From: Candidatus Methylomirabilota bacterium
Lineage (GTDB): Bacteria > Methylomirabilota > Methylomirabilia > Rokubacteriales > CSP1-6
Direction of reading: 5' to 3'
NCBI GenBank assembly: GCA_036397135.1
Contig: DASWJN010000144.1
Location: forward strand, 266 to 64,265
DNA: 64,000 nt
Of this stretch, positions 43,904 to 51,165 are shown piece after piece. Every line of letters begins with the position of its first letter. Position 1 is the stretch's first letter. Made by a program: the position numbers and the translations under genes. The notes beneath the pieces are model-generated. The model saw only the letters and a program-made list of their open reading frames with translations. It was not told the DNA's origin and searched no databases.

Positions 43904-45229
43904 TCAGGCCTGTACGGCCGCCGACCAGTCGGTGATCGGCACCCACCGTTCCCCGTCGACGCGGGTGAAGTACACGCCGTCCAGACCCTGGTGGCGCTCG
44001 GGGCCGAAGGTGAGGGGGGCGCCGATGCCGAGGTCGAAGCTCCTGAGCGACTCCAGTGCCAGCCGGAAGCCGGTCCGGGTCGGGTGCGGCCCCGCCCGCC
44101 GCAGCGCCTCCACCATCACGCGGGCGTTCACGTAGCCCTCCAGGCTGATGAAGCTGTAGCGCTGCGGCACGTACTTCTCGTCGCGGAGGGCCGGCGGCAG
44201 CACGGGGTTGTGGCGCTCCATCAGGCCGCGGTACTCCACCACGCCGGGCAGCGCGACGTCGTCGTGGCTCGGCACCACCTGCGAGTTCACCAGCGCCCGC
44301 GTGTAGTCGCGGCCGGCCTCCTTGCCGTGCTGGACGAGCAGGCGGAGCATCGCGTCGGAACCGACGAAGGAGACGTTGGAGATCGGCACGGTCCAGCCGA
44401 GGTCCCGCGCCGTGCGCACGAAGGCGCCGCAACCCTGGTAGGCGCCCGTGCACAGCACGGCGTCGATGCCGGCCTGGCGCAGGGCGTTCACGGCCGGGGC
44501 CATGTCGTCCTCGAACCTCGCCCCCCGCTGGTAGGTCGTCTCGGCGGCGATCCGGGCGCCGCGCGCGGCCAGCGCGCGGCTGACGCCGTCGGTGCCGCTA
44601 CGGCCGTAGGCGTCGGCCTGCGAGTAGACGCCGATGCTGCGGGCGCCCAGCTGCCAGAAGCGGTCGACCAGCGCCGCCATTTCCTGCCGGTACGACGCGC
44701 GGATGTTGAAGACCTGCTCGACGTAGGGCGCCTCGCGCTGGGGCTGGGCGCCGGTGAAGTTGCCGACGAGCACGACGTGCTGATCGGCGTAACGGCGGAT
44801 CACGGGCAGCGCGCGGGTCAGGGTGGGCGTCCCGACGTAATTGGACAGGCAGAACACCGACTCCGTCTCCAGCAGCTGGATGGTGTTCTTGATGCACGGC
44901 AGCGGCTCGTAGTGGTCGTCGAGACCGACCACCGTCAGCATCCGGCCGTACACGCCGCCCCGGGCGTTCACCTCGTCGTAGTACGCCTGGGCACCGCGGT
45001 AGAACTCGGTGCCGAGGCCTGCCGCCGTGCCCTTGAACGCGGCGCTCATCCCGATGCGGATCTCCCGGGCCGTCACCCCGGGCGTGCCCGGGGTGGACGC
45101 CTCGGCCGGAATCCATTTGGTGGGGGCCGGCCGGGCCGGCGCCTGGGCGGCGGCGACGGCGGCGCGCTCCAGGGCGCCGGGCAGCAGCGCGGCGGTGAGC
45201 AGGCGAAGGAGGGCGCGGCGTTCCATCAT
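43904..45229 (-). CDS. periplasmic binding protein, LivK/Peripla_BP_6 type, no cognate permease (operon gene 3)
   Basis: 441-aa ORF with signal peptide. IRIGMSAAFKGTAAGLG.EFYRGAQAYYDEVNARGGVYGR is typical of branched-chain amino acid type binding proteins. The start overlaps the cheW stop (ATGA). Confidence 0.8.
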   Translation of the reverse strand: MMERRALLRLLTAALLPGALERAAVAAAQAPARPAPTKWIPAEASTPGTPGVTAREIRIGMSAAFKGTAAGLGTEFYRGAQAYYDEVNARGGVYGRMLTVVGLDDHYEPLPCIKNTIQLLETESVFCLSNYVGTPTLTRALPVIRRYADQHVVLVGNFTGAQPQREAPYVEQVFNIRASYRQEMAALVDRFWQLGARSIGVYSQADAYGRSGTDGVSRALAARGARIAAETTYQRGARFEDDMAPAVNALRQAGIDAVLCTGAYQGCGAFVRTARDLGWTVPISNVSFVGSDAMLRLLVQHGKEAGRDYTRALVNSQVVPSHDDVALPGVVEYRGLMERHNPVLPPALRDEKYVPQRYSFISLEGYVNARVMVEALRRAGPHPTRTGFRLALESLRSFDLGIGAPLTFGPERHQGLDGVYFTRVDGERWVPITDWSAAVQA

Positions 45230-45726
45230 GATCCTCCCGATGCGGCATTCCAGGGTCGGCGGAGCGCGGCCAGCACCGCGCGGGCGTCGAGGAGCGTGGC
45301 CGGGCCGCCGGACCCCGCGGTCAGCTCGCCGGCGGCCAGCCCCTCGTGGTCGCCGCGCTCGGTCAGCGGTCGCACGGTCTCGAAGGCGGTGAGTCCGAGC
45401 ACGCGCTCGATGAGGATGGCGGCCCGCCGCTCGCCGTCGGCGAGCACGAGCGCGTGCCCGCGCCCGGGCGCGGCCGGCACGGGCAACCCCAGCAGCAGGC
45501 GCGCCTCGACCACGGGCAGGACGTTGCCGCGCAGGTTCATGACACCCAGCACCGACGCCGGAGCGCCGGGCACCGGAGTCGTCGCGTCGAGGACGACGAC
45601 CTCGCGCGCATCCGCCACGTCGACCGCGAACGCCCGACCGCCGAGCTGGACCACGCAGGCCCGGCGGACGGGTGTCGGCTCCGGGTCCGGCGCCTCGAGA
45701 TCGGGGACGGGCGTCTCAGCGGACAA
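45226..45726 (-). CDS. cheW: CheW-like coupling protein (operon gene 2)
   Basis: 166-aa ORF (TTG start at 45726; a later start is possible). VVQLGGRAFAVDVADAREVV...VLGVMNLRGNVLPVV is the CheW core. Confidence 0.8.
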   Translation of the reverse strand: MSAETPVPDLEAPDPEPTPVRRACVVQLGGRAFAVDVADAREVVVLDATTPVPGAPASVLGVMNLRGNVLPVVEARLLLGLPVPAAPGRGHALVLADGERRAAILIERVLGLTAFETVRPLTERGDHEGLAAGELTAGSGGPATLLDARAVLAALRRPWNAASGGS

Positions 45727-46078
45727 GGCGTCCCACCGCGGTGAGCAGCTGGTCGGAGGTGAAGGGCTTGCCCAGATAGTCGTCGGCGCCCTGCCGCTTG
45801 CCCCAGGCGCGATCGCTCTCCTGGTTCTTGGAGGACACCAGCACGACCGGCGTGGCCCGGGTGTCCGCGTTCCGCTTGAGCGCGCGCAGCAGATCGTAGC
45901 CGTTGCGCCTGGGCATGACGATGTCGAGCAGGAGCACGTCGGGGCGCTCGGCGGTCACCTTGTCCTCCAGCGCGTCGCCGTCGAGGAGCGTCACGACCTC
46001 GTGCCCGACGCCGCGAAGGATCGATTCCATCAGCTTCAGCTCGGAGTAGGCGTCGTCGACCACCATCACCTTCGCCAT
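45716..46078 (-). CDS. cheY: CheY-like single-domain response regulator (operon gene 1)
   Basis: ATG 46078 after GGAGGAG. MAKVMVVDDAYSELK...DVLLLDIVMPRRNGYD...LGKPF. Confidence 0.85.
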   Translation of the reverse strand: MAKVMVVDDAYSELKLMESILRGVGHEVVTLLDGDALEDKVTAERPDVLLLDIVMPRRNGYDLLRALKRNADTRATPVVLVSSKNQESDRAWGKRQGADDYLGKPFTSDQLLTAVGRLVR

Positions 46079-46119
46079 CGGCTCCTCCGGGTTCGGGTTG
46101 GCGGTGCGCGGACGACGGG

Positions 46120-46135
46120 TGCAACGCCACTGCCA
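46120..46135 (-). promoter_or_regulatory. sigma-54 (-24/-12) promoter candidate for the 13-gene operon
   Basis: The minus strand reads TTGGCAGtggcgTTGCA. GG and GC are correctly spaced, with one deviation (TGGCAG for TGGCAC). 43 nt upstream of the cheY ATG. Confidence 0.45.
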
Positions 46136-46304
46136 AGCGGCACGATGCCGGTGTGTTCGGAAGGCGGACATGACGCCCCCTGACACTGTCGGGTGGGCAT
46201 CATCCGCGCCGTCGGGACACGGCGTCGTGCCGCCCCGTGACACGCCCGCGTCAAGCCGTCAGCGCCGGCCGCGAGGGAGGGACGGACTGACATATGATGA
46301 GGCC

Positions 46305-46892
46305 ATGACGGCACGGACCTCGCCCACCGAACGCGAGACGCTCGAGCGCTACGAGAAGCGGGGCGGACTCCTGCGCGGGCACTTCCGGCTCACGTCGGGG
46401 CTGCACTCCGACGTCTATCTGCAGTCAGCGCTCGTGCTCCAGCATCCCGAGGACGCCGCCGCCCTCGGCGAGGCGCTGGCGGCGCCGTTCCGCGGCGACC
46501 ACGTGCAGACGGTGCTGGCGCCGGCGATCGGCGGGATCCTCGTCGCCCACGAGGTCGCGCGGGCTCTCGGCGTCCGCGCGCTCTTCACCGAGCGCGAGGG
46601 CGGGACGATGCGGCTGCGGCGCGGCTTCACGCTGACGGCCGGCGAGCGCTGCCTCGTGGTGGAGGACGTCATCACCACCGGCGGCTCGACACGCGAGGTC
46701 GTGCAGTGCGTGGAGGCGCACGGGGGCGTCGTGGTGGGCATCGGGTCGCTGATCGACCGCAGCGGCGGCGCCGCCGCGTTCCCGGTGAAGCGCGTGGCGC
46801 TGGCCACGCTGACGGCGACGACCTACCCGCCGGAATCCTGCCCGCTGTGCCGGAGCGGCAGCCCGGCCGTCAAGCCCGGCAGCCGAAGCTGA
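46305..46892 (+). CDS. pyrE: orotate phosphoribosyltransferase
   Basis: ORF 46098..46892 trimmed to ATG 46305. GHFRLTSGLHSDVYLQ...CLVVEDVITTGGST (PRPP-binding motif). Confidence 0.85.
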   Translation: MTARTSPTERETLERYEKRGGLLRGHFRLTSGLHSDVYLQSALVLQHPEDAAALGEALAAPFRGDHVQTVLAPAIGGILVAHEVARALGVRALFTEREGGTMRLRRGFTLTAGERCLVVEDVITTGGSTREVVQCVEAHGGVVVGIGSLIDRSGGAAAFPVKRVALATLTATTYPPESCPLCRSGSPAVKPGSRS

Positions 46893-46922
46893 CGACCGGC
46901 CGCGCGGGCCTCCGCCGAACCC

Positions 46923-47795
46923 GTGACGCGGGGCGACCGGCTCGAGTACGAGAAGCGGGTCAACCGCGTCATCGGCCACATCCGTGCGCACCTCGCCGAC
47001 GAGCTGTCGCTGGCGGCGTTGGCGCGGGTGGCGGCGTTTTCGCCGTTTCACTTCCATCGCGTCTTCAAGGCCATCACCGGGGAAACGCTCTTCGGCTTCA
47101 TCCAGCGGCTCCGGATCGAGAGGGCGGCCGGCGCACTCCACGGTCACCGCGATCAGCCGGTGCTCGACGTCGCGCTGGACCACGGATTCGCCTCCGCCGC
47201 CACGTTCGCCCGGGCGTTCCGCGCCCACGTCGGCATGAGCGCGACCCAGTGGCGCGCCGGCGGGGCCGAGCGCTGGCGGGCGCGGCGCAAGCCGGGCAAA
47301 CAGGATCGCAAGCCGGGCAAAGCCGCCGGAGCCCGCCGCCGCCATACTCCTGGCAGGCGTCGCGAGGAGGAAGCCATGAGCGTCGAGGTGCGAGACCTGC
47401 CCGCCCACCACGTCGCCGCGATGCGCTACGTCGGGCCCTACGGGGCTCGTGGCATCCCCGAGCTCTGGGCGCGGTTCCGGACGTGGATGGCGGCGCCCGG
47501 CCTCACCTCCCCACTCTCGGTGACACTCGGCGTGGCCCACGACGATCCCAGCATCACGGCGCCGGACAAGTGCCGGTACGAGGCCGGCGTGGTCGTGCCG
47601 CCGGACCATGCCCCTCATCCTGCGCCACGTGCTCGAGACGTGCCGCCGGGTCGACGAGGCCGTCGCCAGGCTCACGCACGTTCCGGTGTCGATGGCCCTT
47701 CTCCCACGTCCGCTCCTGGCGACCGGGCGCCGCCGGCTGCTGCGCGCGCTGCGGGCACGCTACCGCGAGCAGCACCGGGGCTGATCTCATGGTGA
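46923..47795 (+). CDS. AraC-family regulator with a GyrI-like effector domain, C-terminal half of that domain replaced by unrelated sequence
   Basis: HTH part LSLAALARVAAFSPFHFHRVFKAITGETLFGFIQRLRIERAA. The GyrI-like part VEVRDLPAHHVAAMRYVGPY...CRYEAGVVVP stops being recognisable near 47600. Confidence 0.6.
   Translation: MTRGDRLEYEKRVNRVIGHIRAHLADELSLAALARVAAFSPFHFHRVFKAITGETLFGFIQRLRIERAAGALHGHRDQPVLDVALDHGFASAATFARAFRAHVGMSATQWRAGGAERWRARRKPGKQDRKPGKAAGARRRHTPGRRREEEAMSVEVRDLPAHHVAAMRYVGPYGARGIPELWARFRTWMAAPGLTSPLSVTLGVAHDDPSITAPDKCRYEAGVVVPPDHAPHPAPRARDVPPGRRGRRQAHARSGVDGPSPTSAPGDRAPPAAARAAGTLPRAAPGLISW
47608..47784 (+). pseudogene. short fragment resembling a peptidase C45/acyltransferase-family protein
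   Basis: Own translation MPLILRHVLETCRRVDEAVARLTHVPVSMA resembles the G.P..LL.R.VLE.C.SVDEAV.LL segment of that family. Only about 30 residues match. Confidence 0.25.
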
Positions 47796-48250
47796 CATGG
47801 AGCCAGTTCGCGTCCGCCGAGCCGGAGCTCGCCGCCGCCGGGCGGTCGCTGCTCCAGCAGTTCAGCGTTGGCCTGGCGTTCCTGGCCACGGTGCGCCGGG
47901 ATGGCGCCCCGCGTCTGCATCCCGTGTGCCCGGTGCTCTCGAACGACCGTCTCTTCGTGCTGATCACCGCGGCCTCCCCGAAACGCCGCGACCTGGAACG
48001 GGACGGCCGGTACGCGCTCCAGACCTTCCCCCAGCCCAAGCCGGGCAGCGACGAGTTCTACGTCGCCGGCAAGGCCGTGCTCGTCGACGCGGCCGCGACC
48101 CGCGCGGCCGTCGTGCGGGACGCCAGGCACATGACCGATCCGACGGAGGTCCTCTTCGAGCTGTTGATCGACCGGGTCATGCACACGCACTGGGAAAACG
48201 TGCTGACGCCGCAGCTGCGGCCCGTGCAGCGGAAGTGGCTCGCCCCGTGA
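47789..48250 (+). CDS. pyridoxamine 5-prime-phosphate oxidase family protein
   Basis: MVTWSQFASAEPELAAAGRSLL...GLAFLATVRRDGAPRLHPV has the typical PNPOx-like split-barrel N-terminus. Confidence 0.65.
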   Translation: MVTWSQFASAEPELAAAGRSLLQQFSVGLAFLATVRRDGAPRLHPVCPVLSNDRLFVLITAASPKRRDLERDGRYALQTFPQPKPGSDEFYVAGKAVLVDAAATRAAVVRDARHMTDPTEVLFELLIDRVMHTHWENVLTPQLRPVQRKWLAP

Positions 48251-48255
48251 GCCTC

Positions 48256-48555
48256 CTAGTATTCGGGGGGCGCGTAGACCGTCAGGAAGAAGAGGGGCAC
48301 CGGCCCGAGGTTGCCGACGTGGTGGCGGACGCCGGCCGGGATCGTGATGAGGGTGCCAGCCTCCGCGCGGTGCTCGCCGCCCTCGATCCGCACCACCGCC
48401 TCGCCCTCGAGCACGTGGACGATCTGGTCGCCGCCGTGCGTCTCTTCGGGGCCGCCGTCGGCGCCGGGCCCGATGGTCATCACCGCGCTCTGCGTGCGCG
48501 AGGTCTGCTGCAGCACGCGGAAGAACTCGCCCCGATGGCTGGGGACGGAGGTCAC
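48256..48555 (-). CDS. cupin domain protein
   Basis: ORF 48256..48924 trimmed to GTG 48555. ETHGGDQIVHVLEGEAVVRIEGGEHRAEAGTLITIPAGVRHHVGN is the two-motif cupin signature. Confidence 0.7.
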   Translation of the reverse strand: MTSVPSHRGEFFRVLQQTSRTQSAVMTIGPGADGGPEETHGGDQIVHVLEGEAVVRIEGGEHRAEAGTLITIPAGVRHHVGNLGPVPLFFLTVYAPPEY

Positions 48556-48575
48556 CTGCGCGCCCTCGGGGGTCC

Positions 48576-48932
48576 TCAGCGGAGCAGCACGCCGTTCTGC
48601 CACAGCACCACCCCTAGCCACAGGAGCTGACCGGCCACGAAGACCGCCAGCCCTTGCTGGCGACCCTGCCGTATCTGCGTGCGATACTGCCAGACGCCGC
48701 CGGCCACGGCGAGCGCCGTGAAGAGCGTGGTGTCGTACGTCGCCAGCACACCGTAACGGGCGGCCAGCCCGCCGGCGAAGCCCCACAGCACCCAGGCGCC
48801 GAGCCAGGCGATCACCACCGACACCAGCGTGGCCGGCCGCGAGCCCCGCCGCCCCGCCGCCCGGGCCGCCCCCACCGCGACGAGACCGCCGAGCACCACG
48901 ATCCCCGCCGCCAGCCACCCCCACCGGTTCAC
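48576..48932 (-). CDS. hypothetical membrane protein
   Basis: 118-aa ORF with four hydrophobic segments. No family recognised. Confidence 0.45.
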   Translation of the reverse strand: MNRWGWLAAGIVVLGGLVAVGAARAAGRRGSRPATLVSVVIAWLGAWVLWGFAGGLAARYGVLATYDTTLFTALAVAGGVWQYRTQIRQGRQQGLAVFVAGQLLWLGVVLWQNGVLLR

Positions 48933-49124
48933 GCGCGCCCGCGGTACTCCGGCCGCCTGCGGACCAGCCGGAACTCGACCCGCTCGACGCCGGGCGCCAT
49001 CACAATGCCGAGCGCGCCGAGCGGGATTCGACCCCGCGGGCGCCCCGGAACGCTTTGAAGAACACGATCGTCCATTCCTCGAGTCGATGACGAACGAGCT
49101 GAGTCTATGGCGCCCGTACGCGTC

Positions 49125-49148
49125 GTGTCAATCGCAACATATTGACAC
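49125..49148. promoter_or_regulatory. perfect 8-bp inverted repeat with 8-nt spacer overlapping a TTGACA box upstream of yicC
   Basis: GTGTCAATcgcaacatATTGACAC in an AT-enriched patch. TTGACA (49142-49147), 17 nt, then CATCCT places a start site next to ATG 49181. Confidence 0.3.
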
Positions 49149-49180
49149 TACAGAGAATTTCAGCCATCCTGGGACACTCG

Positions 49181-50074
49181 ATGGTCCGGAGCATGACCGG
49201 ATTCGGGCGCGCGGAGGTGCGCGGCGACACCATCGTCGTCGCCGTGGAGGCGCGCTCGGTCAACCACCGCCACCTCGACGTGGCCCTGCGGCTGCCGCGC
49301 GCGCTGGCCTCGCTCGAGCTCGAGGCGCGGCGTACGATCGCCGCACGCCTGGAGCGCGGCCGGGTGGACGTCGCCGTCCAGGTCACCGCCGTGGCGGGCC
49401 CGCCGACCCAGCGAATCGTCACCGACGCGGCGCTGGCGCGCGAGTACGTCGCGCGCGCCCGTGCACTGGGCGCCGACCTCGGCGACCTCGGCGTCGGCGG
49501 TGGCATCACACTGCAGTGGGTGCTCGAGCGACCGGGGGTCGTTCGCATGGAGGAGCCCGAGGCGGCCGACGCCGTCGTGCCGTGGGCCGTGCTCGAGCAG
49601 GCGCTCGGCCGGGCGCTCGACGAGCTGGTCGATCGGCGCGCCGCCGAGGGCGAGCACCTGGCCCGCGAGCTGCGCAGCCTGCACGCCGAGCTGATCGGGA
49701 TCGTTGCGACGATGGCGACGCGGGCGCCGGCCGCCATGCAGCGCCGCGAGGAGCGGCTGCGTGAGCGGCTGCGCGCGCTGCTGGGGTCGGCCGGCGTGGA
49801 CGAAGGGCGGATCCTGACCGAGGCGGCGGTGTGGGCCGACAAGGCCGACATCGCCGAGGAACTGGCCCGCCTGCGGGCGCACCTGGCCGAGCTGGCGCTG
49901 GTGCTCGACAAGGGCGGCCCGATGGGACGGCCGCTCGATTTCCTGCTGCAGGAGCTGGGGCGCGAGGTGAACACGGTGGCCAGCAAGTCCGACGACCTGG
50001 AGCTGAGCCAGGCGGCGCTGGCCGGCAAGGGCGTGCTGGAGAAGATGCGCGAGCAGGTCCAGAATCTTGAGTAA
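49181..50074 (+). CDS. yicC: YicC family stress-induced protein
   Basis: MVRSMTGFGRAE...SVNHRHLD...DIAEELARLRAHL...GRPLDFLLQELGREVNT..SK...REQVQNLE is the classic YicC pattern. Confidence 0.85.
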   Translation: MVRSMTGFGRAEVRGDTIVVAVEARSVNHRHLDVALRLPRALASLELEARRTIAARLERGRVDVAVQVTAVAGPPTQRIVTDAALAREYVARARALGADLGDLGVGGGITLQWVLERPGVVRMEEPEAADAVVPWAVLEQALGRALDELVDRRAAEGEHLARELRSLHAELIGIVATMATRAPAAMQRREERLRERLRALLGSAGVDEGRILTEAAVWADKADIAEELARLRAHLAELALVLDKGGPMGRPLDFLLQELGREVNTVASKSDDLELSQAALAGKGVLEKMREQVQNLE

Positions 50075-50090
50075 CCGGAACGGCGCCGCC

Positions 50091-50342
50091 GTGCACCTGA
50101 TGAACGTCGGGCACGGCAACGTGATGGTGGCCGAGCAGATCGTGGCGATCGTGGCGCTCGACTCGCTGCCGGTCAAGCGGCTGATCGAGAGCGCCAAGGG
50201 CAGCACCAAGCTGATCGACGCGACGAACGGCCGCCGCACCCGCGCCGTCATCGTGACGGAGAGCGACCACCTGATCCTCTCCTCGCTGGAGCCGGCCACC
50301 CTGGCCCAGCGGCTGGCCACGGATCGGAGCCCGGCCGAGTGA
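50091..50342 (+). CDS. remA: DUF370/RemA family protein
   Basis: ORF 50067..50342. GTG 50091 or ATG 50100 is the likely start. MNVGHGNVMVAEQIVAIVALDSLPVKRLIESAKGSTKLIDATNGRRTRAVIVTESDHLILSSLEPATLAQR. Confidence 0.8.
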   Translation: MHLMNVGHGNVMVAEQIVAIVALDSLPVKRLIESAKGSTKLIDATNGRRTRAVIVTESDHLILSSLEPATLAQRLATDRSPAE

Positions 50343-50953
50343 TCAGGCGCCGCGGCACGCTCTTCGTCGTCTCGGCGCCGTCGGGCGCCGGCAAGACGAC
50401 GCTGTGTCGCGAGATGCGCCTGCGCCTGCACGACCTCGCGTACTCGGTGTCGGTGACCACGCGCCCGCCCCGGCCCGGCGAGATCGACGGCACCGACTTC
50501 CGCTTCGTGAGCGAGGGCGAGTTCCAGGCGAGGCTGGACCGGGGCGAGATGGCGGAGTGGGCCATCGTGCACGGCAACCTGTACGGCACGCCGGCCGCGC
50601 CGCTGGAGGCGGCGCTGCACGACGGCCGCGACGTCCTGCTCGACATCGACACCCAGGGCGCCGCCCAGTTGCGCGCCCGCTACCGGGAGGCGGTGCTGGT
50701 CTTCATCGTGGCGCCGTCGATGGTCGAGCTGGAGCAGCGCCTGCGCGAGCGGCGCTCGGACCGCGAGAGCGAGATCGCCCGGCGACTGCAGCGGGCCCGC
50801 GACGAGGTGGCCCTGTGGCGGCGCTACGACTACCTGATCGTGAACCGCGACGTGAAGGAGGCGATGGAGCAGCTGGAGTCGATCATCCAGGCCGAGCGCT
50901 GCCGGGTGGCGCGCCTGGCCCTCACCTTCCCTGACCTGGAGGTACCGAACTGA
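50339..50953 (+). CDS. gmk: guanylate kinase
   Basis: GTLFVVSAPSGAGKTTL...YSVSVTTRPPRPGE.DG.DF.FV, the canonical Gmk pattern. GTGA overlap with remA. Confidence 0.9.
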   Translation: MIRRRGTLFVVSAPSGAGKTTLCREMRLRLHDLAYSVSVTTRPPRPGEIDGTDFRFVSEGEFQARLDRGEMAEWAIVHGNLYGTPAAPLEAALHDGRDVLLDIDTQGAAQLRARYREAVLVFIVAPSMVELEQRLRERRSDRESEIARRLQRARDEVALWRRYDYLIVNRDVKEAMEQLESIIQAERCRVARLALTFPDLEVPN

Positions 50954-51165
50954 TGGCGTTCCCTTCGCTGGAAGACGCGCTCAACAAGGTCTCGAACCGC
51001 TACCTGCTCGTCGTGCTCTCGGCCAAGCGGGCTCGACAGCTCAACCGCGGCGCCCAGACCCGGGTGGACTCCAAGCACAAGAAGCCGACCAGCTCGGCGC
51101 TGGAAGAGATCGCCGCCGCCAAGGTCGAGTACCGGGTGAAGGAGGAGGGCGAGACGAAAGGATGA
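50953..51165 (+). CDS. rpoZ: DNA-directed RNA polymerase subunit omega
   Basis: 70-aa ORF with NRYLLVVLSAKRARQL, in the conserved position after gmk. Confidence 0.85.
   Translation: MAFPSLEDALNKVSNRYLLVVLSAKRARQLNRGAQTRVDSKHKKPTSSALEEIAAAKVEYRVKEEGETKG

Noticed and set aside
44049-44063. Minus-strand TGGCACtggagTCGC inside the binding-protein gene, about 158 nt upstream of the MCP start. Possible internal sigma-54 promoter.
   Set aside because: It lies inside a coding region, deviates from TTGC, and sits far from the start codon. It could easily be chance. The same applies to GCAA-N6-GTGCCA at about 20266, which has the wrong spacing and strand.
47285-47320. 15-bp direct repeat cgcaagccgggcaaa separated by 6 bp.
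   Set aside because: It encodes a duplicated RKPGK in the flexible linker of the AraC-type protein. Most likely a trivial slippage duplication, so it is mentioned only within the AraC finding.
48929-49075. 48-codon minus-strand ORF (MDDRVLQSVPGRPRGRIPLGALGIVMAPGVERVEFRLVRRRPEYRGRA) whose stop overlaps the GTG of the membrane protein at 48932.
   Set aside because: Only the overlap geometry supports it. The AGGA sits immediately against the ATG, there is no recognisable family, and it may be the tail of a decayed gene. Not reported as a feature.
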